A stretch of 59,963 bases of DNA, the filler included, from Sluysia triapertura (lineage: Eukaryota), in the NCBI GenBank assembly GCA_046118255.1. It is 4 parts of 4 records of this genome, joined end to end, with 100 filler letters (N's around TTAATTAATTAA, not from the genome) between each part and the next. Parts side by side here need not be neighbours in the genome. Positions count along the whole stretch, not along the records: positions 1 to 19,117 come from JBJNIA010094226.1; 3 more parts are not named here. The stretch is one strand, 5' to 3'. Positions 1-10,915 of this stretch are shown in pieces (the first letter of the stretch is position 1; every line of letters begins with the position of its first letter). The notes beneath the pieces were generated by a model, which worked only from the letters and a program-made list of their open reading frames with translations, did no database searches and was not told the origin of the DNA. Made by a program: the position numbers and the translations under genes.

Positions 1-1
1 G

Positions 2-1402
2 AAACAATCAGAAGATACCAGTAATTATAATAAAAATAATAATAATTCTTTAGTAAATAACACTGGGGATGTAAAATTCCATGTACTAAACAAGAGAGCT
101 CGTTATGAAGCAATTTCAAATACTTTAGACAATTCGTGTGATCAAGCAGCTTTTATTGAAGTTATGAAAAAATTGCTTACTCGTTCTGGTTGCCTGAAAG
201 TATGCAAACCAGCTAATCAACGTCTCAATGGTCATTTAGATTGTATAAATGGTGCACTTTGTATACTACAATCATCGACATCAAATAAAGACATTGCACG
301 TCCAGTTTATAAAGTGCCTCCGTTGGGATCTTATCAACGCTCATTATTAGCTGAACAATTAATATCTGAATTACTAATTCAATGTCGACTTTCTTCGTCA
401 GTCTTGTCAAATCGTCACATTCAACAACATGAAACATATGTATGCTATTGTCGAATTGTGGATTGTAAGTATTGTTTATTTTGTTGTGAATGGAAAAGAG
501 TAACCAAAGACAGATTAAACCGCGAAATTGATTGTCAAATAGGTTTATCTAGTGTTGTCAGTGCAAGTTATGTTGTGAATAAAAACATAAAAAAACAGTT
601 ATTATATTATGATAAATGTGAACGAAATAATGAATTTAAAATTATTCTTAAACGATTAGTACTTTCAAAGCATGAAAATTTAAATAAGGTTATATGTTTC
701 GAAACATCTAAATTTCTTATACTTAATCATATTTTTTCTGTAAAATTTGAAGTTATTTTCGAACCTAAACTACATCAAACAAGCTTATGCTATAAATTAA
801 ATTGTACTGGTAAAGACAAGCTATCATTTTGTTTTTTTTTAAATTCATTACGTTGTTACGATGATATATTTGAATTAGCTGATAGTTTACGTTATTTTAT
901 TTTCGATGAAAAACAACCAAAAGTCGAACATTTCAGTGTGAATTTATTTAAATCGAATTTATACAAAGATAACGTAACATTCATAGAGTTATTGAAAGCA
1001 AAAGAAAGTACTTATTTTGAAACATTTTTTTATTTTGAAAATGTCGACACAAATTATATATATAACTCGAGTAATATTTATAATGATACTACCCGTGTTC
1101 GTCAAAATCATCTGACTGTGCGTGATAAGGCGTTTTATTCTTTATCTATCCATTTGTTTATATTATTATATGTTTTGTGTTTTAAACTAATACATTGTGT
1201 TTTTCAGTGTTCGTATTTAATGTTCTTAATATTAGTTAATTCGGGCATTAAGCCCTTTTTGTTAATGGTTAAATTTATTAATTATTCTTGTTTAATTGTT
1301 TTGAAAGTTTTAAAAAAGAAAATTTATAGTATTAATAAAATTGTAAAAATTACAAAAAGCTCGAATATACCCACAGCACTTCAACAATATTATCGTTGTT
1401 AA
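2..1402 (+). CDS. Orphan ORF/large exon, 5'-open at the window edge, with a Cys cluster and C-terminal hydrophobic segment
   Basis: Frame is open from nt 2 (KQSEDTS...) through ATG 164 to TAA 1402, about 466 codons in very AT-rich DNA. Contains YVCYCRIVDCKYCLFCC and a hydrophobic C-terminal stretch. A GTAAGT donor at 465 could end the exon early. Confidence 0.55.
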   Translation, partial: KQSEDTSNYNKNNNNSLVNNTGDVKFHVLNKRARYEAISNTLDNSCDQAAFIEVMKKLLTRSGCLKVCKPANQRLNGHLDCINGALCILQSSTSNKDIARPVYKVPPLGSYQRSLLAEQLISELLIQCRLSSSVLSNRHIQQHETYVCYCRIVDCKYCLFCCEWKRVTKDRLNREIDCQIGLSSVVSASYVVNKNIKKQLLYYDKCERNNEFKIILKRLVLSKHENLNKVICFETSKFLILNHIFSVKFEVIFEPKLHQTSLCYKLNCTGKDKLSFCFFLNSLRCYDDIFELADSLRYFIFDEKQPKVEHFSVNLFKSNLYKDNVTFIELLKAKESTYFETFFYFENVDTNYIYNSSNIYNDTTRVRQNHLTVRDKAFYSLSIHLFILLYVLCFKLIHCVFQCSYLMFLILVNSGIKPFLLMVKFINYSCLIVLKVLKKKIYSINKIVKITKSSNIPTALQQYYRC

Positions 1403-2101
1403 TTTTTAATTAGATTTTACGCAGAACCTCTTAAATGGTTTTAAAAATAATTAAATGATAATATTTGTAAATGTTACAAAGTGCGTGAAGTGTAAAAAAT
1501 CTTAATTAAAATAAAATAATGACTGACAATGCATAAGTTTCTTTTAAATATGTATGAGTTTGCAGCTACGGGAAGTGTCTTCCAAAATCGTTATTATATC
1601 GAATGCTCTTTCGAGAAACTTAAAATTATCACTAATTTTTGCTGTGAACTTTCGTGTAAACTGCTTACCTTAACCTTGAAACAAATAAAGTAAAATAATT
1701 TTTTAAAAATAATTTCATAAAATAATTAAGTCACATTGAAAATGTTCTAAATAATTACTCCAAAATATTTACAATAAATATATTCCAAATATTAATCAGA
1801 ATGTTATTATTATTTAATAAATACCAACTATAGTGTTAATAATAAATATTTTGTTTTTTATTTCTTTATATAAAAATCCGTATTTATATTTTAGTGTTGG
1901 TTTTGGATTTGTTATGGGGTTTTTTAATGAAATGTGGGTTAATATTGAGAAAGAATTCTTGTTTTTCTAATATTTGACTTTTAGGACTAATTTCTTGTGT
2001 TTGTTTTTTGTTTCAAGTTTTTAGTTTTATGTTTATTGATATTGAAAAAGATTTTTAGTAGTTCTTCTTTTAGTTATATTTTAGTTGTGAGTAAAATATA
2101 T

Positions 2102-2172
2102 ATATTTTTAGCTTAAGGTTAATGCATTGAATTCTTAATTCAAAAGGTGGTTTGATATATATTCAAAATGTT
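2102..2172 (+). tRNA. trnK: Mitochondrial-type tRNA-Lys(CTT) within NUMT
   Basis: Acceptor ATATTTT/AAAATGT; anticodon arm TTGAA-TT CTT AA-TTCAA. Confidence 0.75.
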
Positions 2173-2178
2173 TTTGGT

Positions 2179-2245
2179 AAAATCTTAGTTTATAAAAAAC
2201 GTAAATTTGCTAAATTTAACGAAAAACCCACAGTTTTAGATTTTT
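2179..2245 (+). tRNA. Mitochondrial-type tRNA, anticodon GCT (Ser1, or mutated Asn GTT), within NUMT
   Basis: Acceptor AAAATCT/AGATTTT; D arm GTTT/AAAC; anticodon arm TAAAT-TT GCT AA-ATTTA; T arm AAAAC/GTTTT. Confidence 0.7.
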
Positions 2246-2248
2246 AAA

Positions 2249-2314
2249 TAAGAGGTAATTTATAAAAAATATAAATTTGTCATATTTAAGGAGACAAAAA
2301 TTTGTTTCTCTTAG
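2249..2314 (+). tRNA. trnD: Mitochondrial-type tRNA-Asp(GTC) within NUMT
   Basis: Acceptor TAAGAGG/TCTCTTA; anticodon arm TAAAT-TT GTC AT-ATTTA; T arm GACAA/TTGTT. Confidence 0.75.
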
Positions 2315-2953
2315 GTGTATAGAAATTTATTAATTTTTATTTTTATATTAAGTTTAGTGTTTTTAGAGGATGGGTTTTTTGTGTTATTTTATAGTTCCTA
2401 GATTAGAAAAATTTTTTTTAAATACTGTATAGTTGTTTTGTATAGATATTATTTTTTTATTGGTTAGTCTTTTCGCTATTTAATTTTCCTATGAATTTAT
2501 AATTCTTATAATTGTTATTAAGATTCGTAGGTTCTATGTGTTTTTTAATTGTCTCATTCGATTTGTTTAGTTTTATAATTGGTTGAGATGGGTTAAGAGT
2601 TATTAGATTTTATTTAATATTATATTGTGTATTCCTTATGTTTTTTTGATTATAATAAAAATATGTCAAAATCTTTACTTACTCTCCTACATATTCAACC
2701 AGAATAGTATTTTTTTACCACATTATGTAGATCTAAGTTAGGAGCTGTTTTAACTTTGGTTATTTTTACCTATGGTGAGAAGATTTTTTATTGTTTTAAG
2801 TTTATTGTTAATAGAAAGAGGTTGTTTGTGTTAGTTTTGTTAGGGTGTGGTTATTATTAATTTGGGTAGGTTCAAAGCCTGTTAAGTTTATTATTTAGAT
2901 TTGAGTTTTTTTGTTTAAAAAAGATTCAGTTGAAGGAGAATGAAAGTTGTAAA

Positions 2954-3012
2954 AAAATTTTAGTTCAACAAAACATTGATTTGTGGAATCAAAGATGAAT
3001 ATTATAATTAGT
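2954..3012 (+). tRNA. trnH: Mitochondrial-type tRNA-His(GTG) within NUMT (degenerate)
   Basis: Anticodon arm TTGAT-TT GTG GA-ATCAA preceded by a TAGTT...AAAC D arm. Confidence 0.6.
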
Positions 3013-3477
3013 TTCAAGGTTTATATAATGAAGTATTGTTTTAGGAATCATGCTATAGATATCATGTTATAGATATCATGCTATAACTAAAAATTGTTGT
3101 GAGGGTTTTGGGTTATGGTTTGTTTTTTGGTTGTTTTTTTATTTGTCTGATATATTTCTATATTTCTTTCACAATTTAATAAATTAGGTGGCTTATACAT
3201 AAAATATAAGGATGATGATGAATTGGAAATGGTTTGGACTTTATTTCTTGTATTTATTGTAATCATTTTAGGTGTACCTAAAATGTTTGTTTTAGGTTAT
3301 TAAAAATTATCTCATTTAGGAGGAAACTTTTATAATGTTTCTTTAGTTGGAAAACAATGGTTTTGATAGAGTAGTTGGTACAAAAATCCTTCTAGGGTAA
3401 TAAGATGTTTAAAATATTATAATGGGTTTTATAATGATGATAATCGTTTAGAATTGTTTTATAATATTTATACAATT

Positions 3478-3772
3478 GTCACAATACAATAACTGTTACT
3501 AAACACACAATACAAAAATAGTTAGTATTAACGTATGTATTGTACTTTAAAGTCCTAAATGTGGTAAATACATTACCACAAAATTCGAAAACACTATTAT
3601 TTAACATGCAAAAATGTTGAAATCAATAAGAAATTTCCATAACTTTTGGTAACACAAAACCAAAATGTAAAGGAAAGTTGTATATTTCAACCCCTATTCA
3701 GCAATAAATGCTCAAATTAATAAGGTCACTGCCAATTATAAAAGTTAATACTACAAAAACCAAGTCATTTAT
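3478..3772 (-). pseudogene. Possible inverted NUMT fragment (nad2/nad4-like)
   Basis: Strand skew flips at ~3470. The minus frame is open if TGA=Trp and reads FPLHFGFVLPKVMEISYW, resembling the P.HFW.P.VME motif. Confidence 0.3.
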
Positions 3773-4021
3773 TAGGAATGGTAATGTGTCACTTAATTGA
3801 CTTTGTCAAATTTAGAGTTTCCGCTTAGAAATTAAGAATTACTTTGAAATAACATACTTCAATAAAGGTAATATGGAATAAGAATAAAATTAAAAATTTT
3901 CATAATAAAATCATCCATAATGTGAAAAAATGTATAAAAATAAAAATATGCGTAATTGAGCCTAATTATGGAATATTATATTTAATATGAAATTATAATT
4001 GATAATAATTTTATAACTTAC

Positions 4022-4102
4022 TCATAAAGGTTTGAATTGATTTCTAAGGCCATTGTGTACGCAGTTAAAGCAGCCATATAATCACCAGCTTGGAAAAGAG
4101 AA
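4022..4102 (-). CDS. Internal exon encoding a TPR motif (co-chaperone type, e.g. DNAAF4/DYX1C1-like)
   Basis: ttatttag|...|gtaagt, 81 nt, symmetric phase 2. Translates SLFQAGDYMAALTAYTMALEINSNLY, matching the TPR consensus. Confidence 0.75.
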
Positions 4103-4769
4103 CTAAATAATTAAATTATTATTTATATAAATTTTAATAAATAATTAAAAATGTTATATATCGAAACTATTGTTTCGACAAAATACAAATTTAAAACAAG
4201 AAAATTAACCGCTTAAGGTTTTTAAAATTAGAATGTATGGTGTATAATTGTGTATCAAGATAAGTATCCCAAAAACCAGTCGATTATTTGAATTGATGTA
4301 AATATAATAATTATTACTATTAAAATAGTTAATATATGGTTTTGATTGATCTAGTGTTTTTGATAATGACCTTATATTTAGATTTGGTGCTAGTAAAATG
4401 TTTTATCACTGGTTTTGATTTGATGGAATGTGCGTCTTATATTTGGGGTTTAGATTAATATACCTTTTTTATACGTGACATAAATAATTTCAATCATATT
4501 TATGATCCTAAAGATGGAAAATCGAAATAGACGATATAGATAACCTGAATCAAGCAAACGAAGCTTAAAAGGTAAAGGTGAATCAGAGAGACTGCATAAA
4601 CAATTTGAATGAAACGCTCCATTTCTTTGATGAACAAACAAAGCAGATAATCACCAAAAACTGCCTAGATATGCAAATCGCGAAATGGAAAAGTAAAGTA
4701 CGAAGAACATATTTAGTTATCTATCTGTAAGTGTATCTATATTTTTATAAACATTTTAATTTTTATATC

Positions 4770-5870
4770 TGTTCAATTTTTAAGGGAGTTAACTCACATG
4801 AATTTCAAGATAAATGGCGTTTATTGATAAAATTTTTGTAAATTTTCTTCGTACTGCAATTTCTAATCATAATAGAAGTAAAATTTCATTAATTAAAGCT
4901 CTTTGTAAATCAGATGCAGATTTTTTTTACTAATTCTTTGATATTTTATTATTATATCAGTAACAAAAACTTTAAACTTTACTTGAACATTAATCTTAGC
5001 GTCTCTGTAGCTACTATTTTCGACACGTTCATGTCATTCAAATGCTTCGAAACATCTAAGGTATCCTTGTCTCAAAACGCACAATTAAAGATAAGTATAT
5101 CAATAACGTTATGTTCGATTTACCTCTCACCACATTCAGATATCTTACGAACTTGAAGATAAATCTTATAATAACCACTACATCAACATATATTTCAAGC
5201 ACGAACAGTATCTAACTCGTTTATCACCATCAATACACTACAATCTACATCGGTCTAAGAATTCAACATTCTACAAACAGTACCAGCAGTATCTCATATA
5301 AATGGCGTCAGGCTTTTTTGGAACAGGATAAATCTGACCTTAAAGGTGAACTACCCTTTTTTATTCTTCATATAGAAATTTCATTATTACTAAATATTTT
5401 TATTAAAACAATCTTATCAAAATATTCAATAGACAATAATTTTAGCGATAAAATCCTACATATAATTTTCAAAATCATTAATTTATATTATAAAACCATA
5501 AAGTCAACACAAAAGAAACCATGTTTTCGAACAACGTAATGTACATAAGTTATCCACAACCAGTATCAATACAATCATGCACAAAAACAATCTCATACAA
5601 CAACCTCAACACTACCGAATCAATAACATTTCTACAATGATACAATTTTATTACATCCAATAAATGGCATTCTTAATTCTATATCTTTCAAAACAACATT
5701 TTTTCTCACAATTCAACAAAAAAACAAGATTATTACAATTTCAGAGCAAAAACATAATTGCATATCACCAACAATCAATAAGACTCTTATTCCACAAACA
5801 ACTTTACGAACAAATAAACAGTATACAGTACTTTTGTTATTACTACCGTCATACATAAATTCATATACAA
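4770..5870 (-). mobile_element. Highly decayed LTR-retrotransposon (Ty3/Gypsy-like) reverse transcriptase
   Basis: Ordered RT motifs across frameshifts: SSP..IYPVPKKPD, CRMLNS.TDVD..INELD, SGYYKI, LRQG, FVTDIII (degenerate YVDD). Confidence 0.55.
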
Positions 5871-6449
5871 ACATTTTAATTTAATTTCCCGGATTCAAGG
5901 CCGGAAAAGTTTTGTTTTATTTTAATATTTTATTTTTTTAGAAATTGTGCCCACTTAAGGCCGTGCGAACCTAGATGGTTATAAATATTATTAGTAAGTG
6001 TTAAACTTGAGATGAGTATATTTCTAAGAATTAAACTTAATAAATAATAAACATAAAAACTATAATTAAGAATGCTTGTAATAAAAAGTAACATGTTTGG
6101 GAGCGTATAAGAAACTTCATTTATTAATAATTTAAAAATTATGATTGTTTTTATTAAATTTTATATATGTACAAATTAAATTATTATTTTTATTATCTAT
6201 TTGCTTAATAAAATTTAATTTAATAAAATTATGATAAATTTCTTTACAAAAACGAGTAATCAAATAAAGTAATAGAGATATATTACACAAAACATCAACG
6301 AAAAAACTATTATTATAAAATGTTAAGGTTAGTAATATTATTGACGAATGATTTATATTTTGTTTGCCATACATTTAAACCTAAACAAACAATAACAATT
6401 ATGATCATAAGTCGAATTTTCAAAATTAATTAACTTTACTTTTTGATCT

Positions 6450-8051
6450 GTGTTGTCCAGTAACTAATTGTAACTAATTGTCCTCGACATTGTTTTGAAA
6501 GTAATTGGTCCTAGAAATCGATGACGATTGATCAATTTGAAGAGAATTCATCAACTCGTACACTCTTTCAAGGTAGAATTTTAAAAGCGAAGTTCTTGGA
6601 CATTGTGAATGTATTTACATGAGACACCAAATTTAACACATGCGCCAGATTGGTTTAAACAGGATGGACATAGAGCTACTGTTTTGTCAATCGAATAGGA
6701 TTCGTTCTTGTTCAAAATCTTGGGTGTTGTAGGAGACGAGATAAACGTATGGAACATATGGTTGTCCGTCGGACTAGCTAAGCACTTCAGTAAGAAAACT
6801 CTTGGTAATTCAAATATAACTTTTCAATACTAATATACAATTTTTTAATCTGGTTTCAGTTGCCCTAAATGAACTGTTCTTATGACATTTGTAATATCAC
6901 CACTTTCATACTGAACGTCACTATCTAATAAAAACATCTGATCCGAAGTGATATAAATATCCATTCCACCATGCGTACCAACACCGGTAATAGTTTCTAA
7001 ACTGGTTGATACAAAATCCGTCAGATCAACACGAAAAGAATCAACCTTTAATGAAGCATCAGCTTCACTTACAACGGTTTTATTTTTAACGAATTTTTTG
7101 TTTAACCAGTAATAAAAGTGACATAAAGAAATAGAATCTACAAGGAAACATTTATGAAGACATTCAATTTCACGAGAATTCTTGATACATTTCAAGTTAC
7201 CGACTGGCAATGGACTGATAAATTGTCTAGATGCTGGTGATAAATCTAGGAAACCTATATTAACATCCGGATCTAATCGTATTCGTTCTGAAGATCTAAA
7301 TACTTGCTCAAGTTCATCATATACTTGCTGATAATCATGAATACTCATGACATATTTATCCTGGCCATAATTTCGAATATAATCGCCAAATTTACAATCA
7401 TTTTTCATGTATGATTCATTAATAAACAAATGTATATTAGTCATATTAACCATTAAAAAGAATACAATACATCAATACCACGAATATTGAATAACCATGC
7501 AATATCATCTAGTGCACTAAAAATACATTATCTACATGATTTTCTTCTAATTGAGTACGGACACGACCAAAATTTCGTCGCCAATTCTCACCAGTCATGT
7601 TCATATCATTTAAAACCATAATCGGCTTTTTTTGGTCTCTATGGTCGTTCAAGCCAAATACCATCAACTAAACCTCGATCAAATTCTTGCAAAATCACAT
7701 CCTCTTTAAGTTTCACTTTCAAATCAGTGTACCATCTAGTGGAAGCTGTGTACTGATATATTCAAACGCGAGAATTTAAGTTTAATAAATGTGTATTCAA
7801 CCATTGACTTATTGTTTGATCTCGAGGATATTCAAAGACTATACAATTTGTATCGACGCACTCTCTATCTGTCATAATGCAGCTAGAGTTTTAGAGCCAT
7901 CAAATCCAGAAATATAATTTATACGCTTATCAAATTCCGATACGCATTCATCATTTTGTTAATCATTCATGCGAATAACATAGGTTTCCACATTTTTCAT
8001 AATCATTGCATATCTAAGCTTAGACAAAATATCTGTTGTATTTTTCTCCAT
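6450..8051 (-). pseudogene. XPNPEP1: Intronless, degraded Xaa-Pro aminopeptidase 1 (aminopeptidase P, M24B) copy
   Basis: ATG 8051: MEKNTTDILSKLRYAM...DKRINYISGFDGS. ORF 6845-7453: SPLPVGNLKCIKNSREIE...FLLDSDVQYESGDITNVIRTVHLG. Multiple stops/frameshifts and no obvious introns. Confidence 0.85.
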
Positions 8052-8199
8052 CAATTACTTAGTGTAAAAATAAAAATAAAAATAAATATATACTTGTAAA
8101 AATAATTTATTTATAGCATTACACGCTATTTGATGCGATACAATCACTATATTTTAAAATTCAAAATCAAATGCTGCTTCGAAATTAAAAAGCTTTAAA

Positions 8200-8420
8200 T
8201 GATCAGAAAGACCGAAGTATCTTCGTTAATCGAAGAGATGTCAAGACAGACCAAAATGTAAATTTTATTGCTATTGAATATTTGATAGTGCCAGTAATAT
8301 ATAGTGACAATTGGAAACGTGACTATCAAAAGGCGTTTAGACTTTAGATTGCATTACGGTGCAATCTAAATACTAATAATACTAAATACTAAATACTAAA
8401 TAATACTAATAATAACAACA
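8200..8420 (+). mobile_element. 3' end of a non-LTR retrotransposon (RTE-like)
   Basis: RPK...DVKTD...DNWKR..QKA remnant, then an 11-bp hairpin TTTAGATTGCA/TGCAATCTAAA (8343-8370) and a (TACTAAA)n-type tail. Confidence 0.45.
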
Positions 8421-8444
8421 ATAACATAATATATTAATTTATAT

Positions 8445-8703
8445 TTAACTCATATCTACTGAGAAAGGTAAATCATTCACCATAATCTTTCCGAAACAGA
8501 AAGAACTTTGCCTTTTTCTTAAATATATTTCATAATCTTCCAGCAATTTGACATTCTCTGGTTCTATATTTTTGAGACAAACAGTATACAACCTATCACC
8601 TAGCTTGTTATCACTGTGGATTCTGTATAGATTATTATGTCTCAATGAAATATTCATCTTCCTTTCCAATTTTCGTATTATTTCTAAAAGATATTCAGGA
8701 TTT
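8445..8703 (-). CDS. Putative terminal exon of an unidentified gene
   Basis: ttacag acceptor then about 85 stop-free codons (NPEYLLEIIRKLERKMNISL...FSVDMS*) with protein-like composition. Confidence 0.35.
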
Positions 8704-9580
8704 CTGTAATGTAAGCATTTGTAAATTATTTTAAATAATTTTAAATTATATTCTTGCTTTTATTGGCATACAATTACGGATTTGGAATCAAAATTAATGT
8801 ATATCCATGGGTTTCTATTACCTATATTTGTTATTCAAGTTTTCAAATAAAAATCTTGAATTTAATGTGTCGTATTCATTTAATCATTCAAGAATTAAAA
8901 TTTTATATCGAATAAAGTGCCTTGAGCACTGTAACAAAGAAATTATAAAACTGAAATTTCATGCTTAATAGAGTGCATTAATATATTTGATGAAAAAAGT
9001 CGTTATCTCCTAAATCTTGAAAATATTTTAAAAAACATGATAAACCATGAATAACATCGTTTATTATGTGGGGCACTTTTGCTTGTAAAATATTAATGAA
9101 TTATATTTATTCATATTTAGCTTTATATATTTAATGGAAAATTTCAAACATTTAATTAAAAACGAACAATTAACATTTAATTTTAAAACTAATAATTTTC
9201 TTAACTAATAAATTAGGCTTTAAAGAATAATAATTTAACAGAAACGAAATTTAACTCTTTATTAATATAAAATAGAACAAAAGGACACATAAAAACACTT
9301 ACACTATTATATGACTGTACAAACGTTATGGTATTCAAATTGTTTGATTTGTTTACACGTTTAAACACACGTTGTTTAGTTATACTATTGGGCATAATAG
9401 CCTTAACCCAATACATTTGAACTTGTGCTACTTTAATTTCTATTCTTGCTTTAGCATTTTGGAGTAATGCATAAAAACACCTTTATAATGTAATGATTGT
9501 AGAAATCTCAAAAATGATAATATAGAGAAAAATACTAATATGACGTAATTTTTCGAATCCAAGTAATAAATTTGACGTAA

Positions 9581-9817
9581 CCTTTTCAGCCCCGGGACCG
9601 CCATATGGCGTCAATGGCGATTTTTACTCTTACACAACTGCTATGCAAGATCCTACTAAAGTAATACGAAGAGCATAATTTTAGCTTTGAACTTTCACCT
9701 ATATATTTTTACTTCACGTCAATATTTACAATTTTCATACATTTTCCCTAAATCATCATCTATAAAGACAATAAATCACCATAAATCTTAAGGAAAAAAA
9801 ATTCGGGGCTGAAGGAG
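9581..9817. mobile_element. piggyBac-type MITE
   Basis: TIRs CCTTTTCAGCCCCG / CGGGGCTGAAGGAG, flanked by GTAA (left) and TTAA (right). Confidence 0.7.
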
Positions 9818-10742
9818 TTAAGTGTTTTAAATAAATTTTTAAAAACAATTTAATGGTTTTAACTGAAGATAAGTTTGGGTGATGAAAGGATTTTGAAATA
9901 ATATAAATGTTTTACGTGGATTTTTAAATATACATTGATGTTTTGACTGAAAGTAATGTTTGGATGTTAAAAGATTGTAAATTAAAAATACATAGAAAAG
10001 AGTGTGGTTTAATGGATATAAAGAAGATGAATTATAGCTTATCTTTTGATACATTCTAAAAAGGTGGTTGTGTGATATTAAAAATATACTTTTGGTTATG
10101 TTGGTACTATGTATGAAAATGTTTATAATAAGCTTTTAAAGTGTGAATTGTAGATTTTGAAAGTGAATGTGATTTTGTTGTATTTAAAAGAAAAATTTTT
10201 AAATAAAATTTGTTAAAATTAATAGGTTGGCCACCACACAAATATATCTTATTGATACATTAGAAATTTTGTATAAATATTAAACCTACTTATTACTTAG
10301 TATGTTGTACTAATAATTTTAAAATTAATCTTTATCATAAAATAAATAATAAAAGTAACGATAAAACCATTAATGATGAAAACAATAGAATTAAAAGCCC
10401 TTAATGCATGATAACTTTAAATATAAAATTCAAAAACATAATTTGGAAATCCAAATACTAAATTTGTTAAATCAAATAAGAATTAAATTATGGTATTTAA
10501 CGTCAAATAGATTTCAAAAAATCGTTCCAGACCATTGTTAGATTAATATCCTGTTCTATTTGTTATAAAAGTGACACTGACGTTATTTCTTGTTTTAGAG
10601 TGGTAATGCTCATTATAAAATCATGTTATATGTTATTGAAAGTTAGGTGCGAGAAAATACTAAAATTTAATATTAAAATATGTAACAAAAAAGAATAAAT
10701 AATTGAAGAAATGGTACTAAAACATTATACCTCAAATCTTGC

Positions 10743-10915
10743 TGTTGAGGTACAGGCCTAAAGTGTCAATTAGAATAATGATAGTATCATTGACTATAAT
10801 GAAATTGTTAGATGGGGCTGATAGATTAGTGGTCAGAGCATCGAACTGTACAGTTGTGCAGTAAGAGGGCCCTGGGCGAATTCGGATCAGTCCATTTAAT
10901 GGAGTCTAACAATAC
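10743..10915 (+). mobile_element. tRNA-derived SINE-like repeat, copy 1
   Basis: A-box-like TAGATTAGTGG and a degenerate B box. Aligns over ~170 bp with 22910-23085 (minus). Confidence 0.6.

Larger units (their letters stand above)
1893..3465 (+). pseudogene. NUMT: rearranged mitochondrial DNA insertion (nad-like fragment, trnK, trnS1/N, trnD, nad5 5' part, cytb 3' part, trnH, cox2 5' part)
   Basis: T/G-skewed strand. With TGA=Trp and AGA=Ser: nad5 SFVGSMCFLIV...IGWDGLxVISFYLILY (~2520-2630), cytb HIQPE*YF...SKLGAV...WVGSKPV (2690-2885), cox2 DDDELEMVWT...VGKQWFW...DNRL (3211-3450). Stops and deletions are present. Confidence 0.9.

Noticed and set aside
1664-1690. Possible 6-nt micro-exon (caag|GTTAAG|gtaagc) on the minus strand
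   Set aside because: Cannot be tied to a gene model; such motifs arise by chance.
5270-5310. FI*DTAG resembling a small-GTPase WDTAG motif
   Set aside because: Lies within ordered RT motifs and has no P-loop or NKxD; coincidental.
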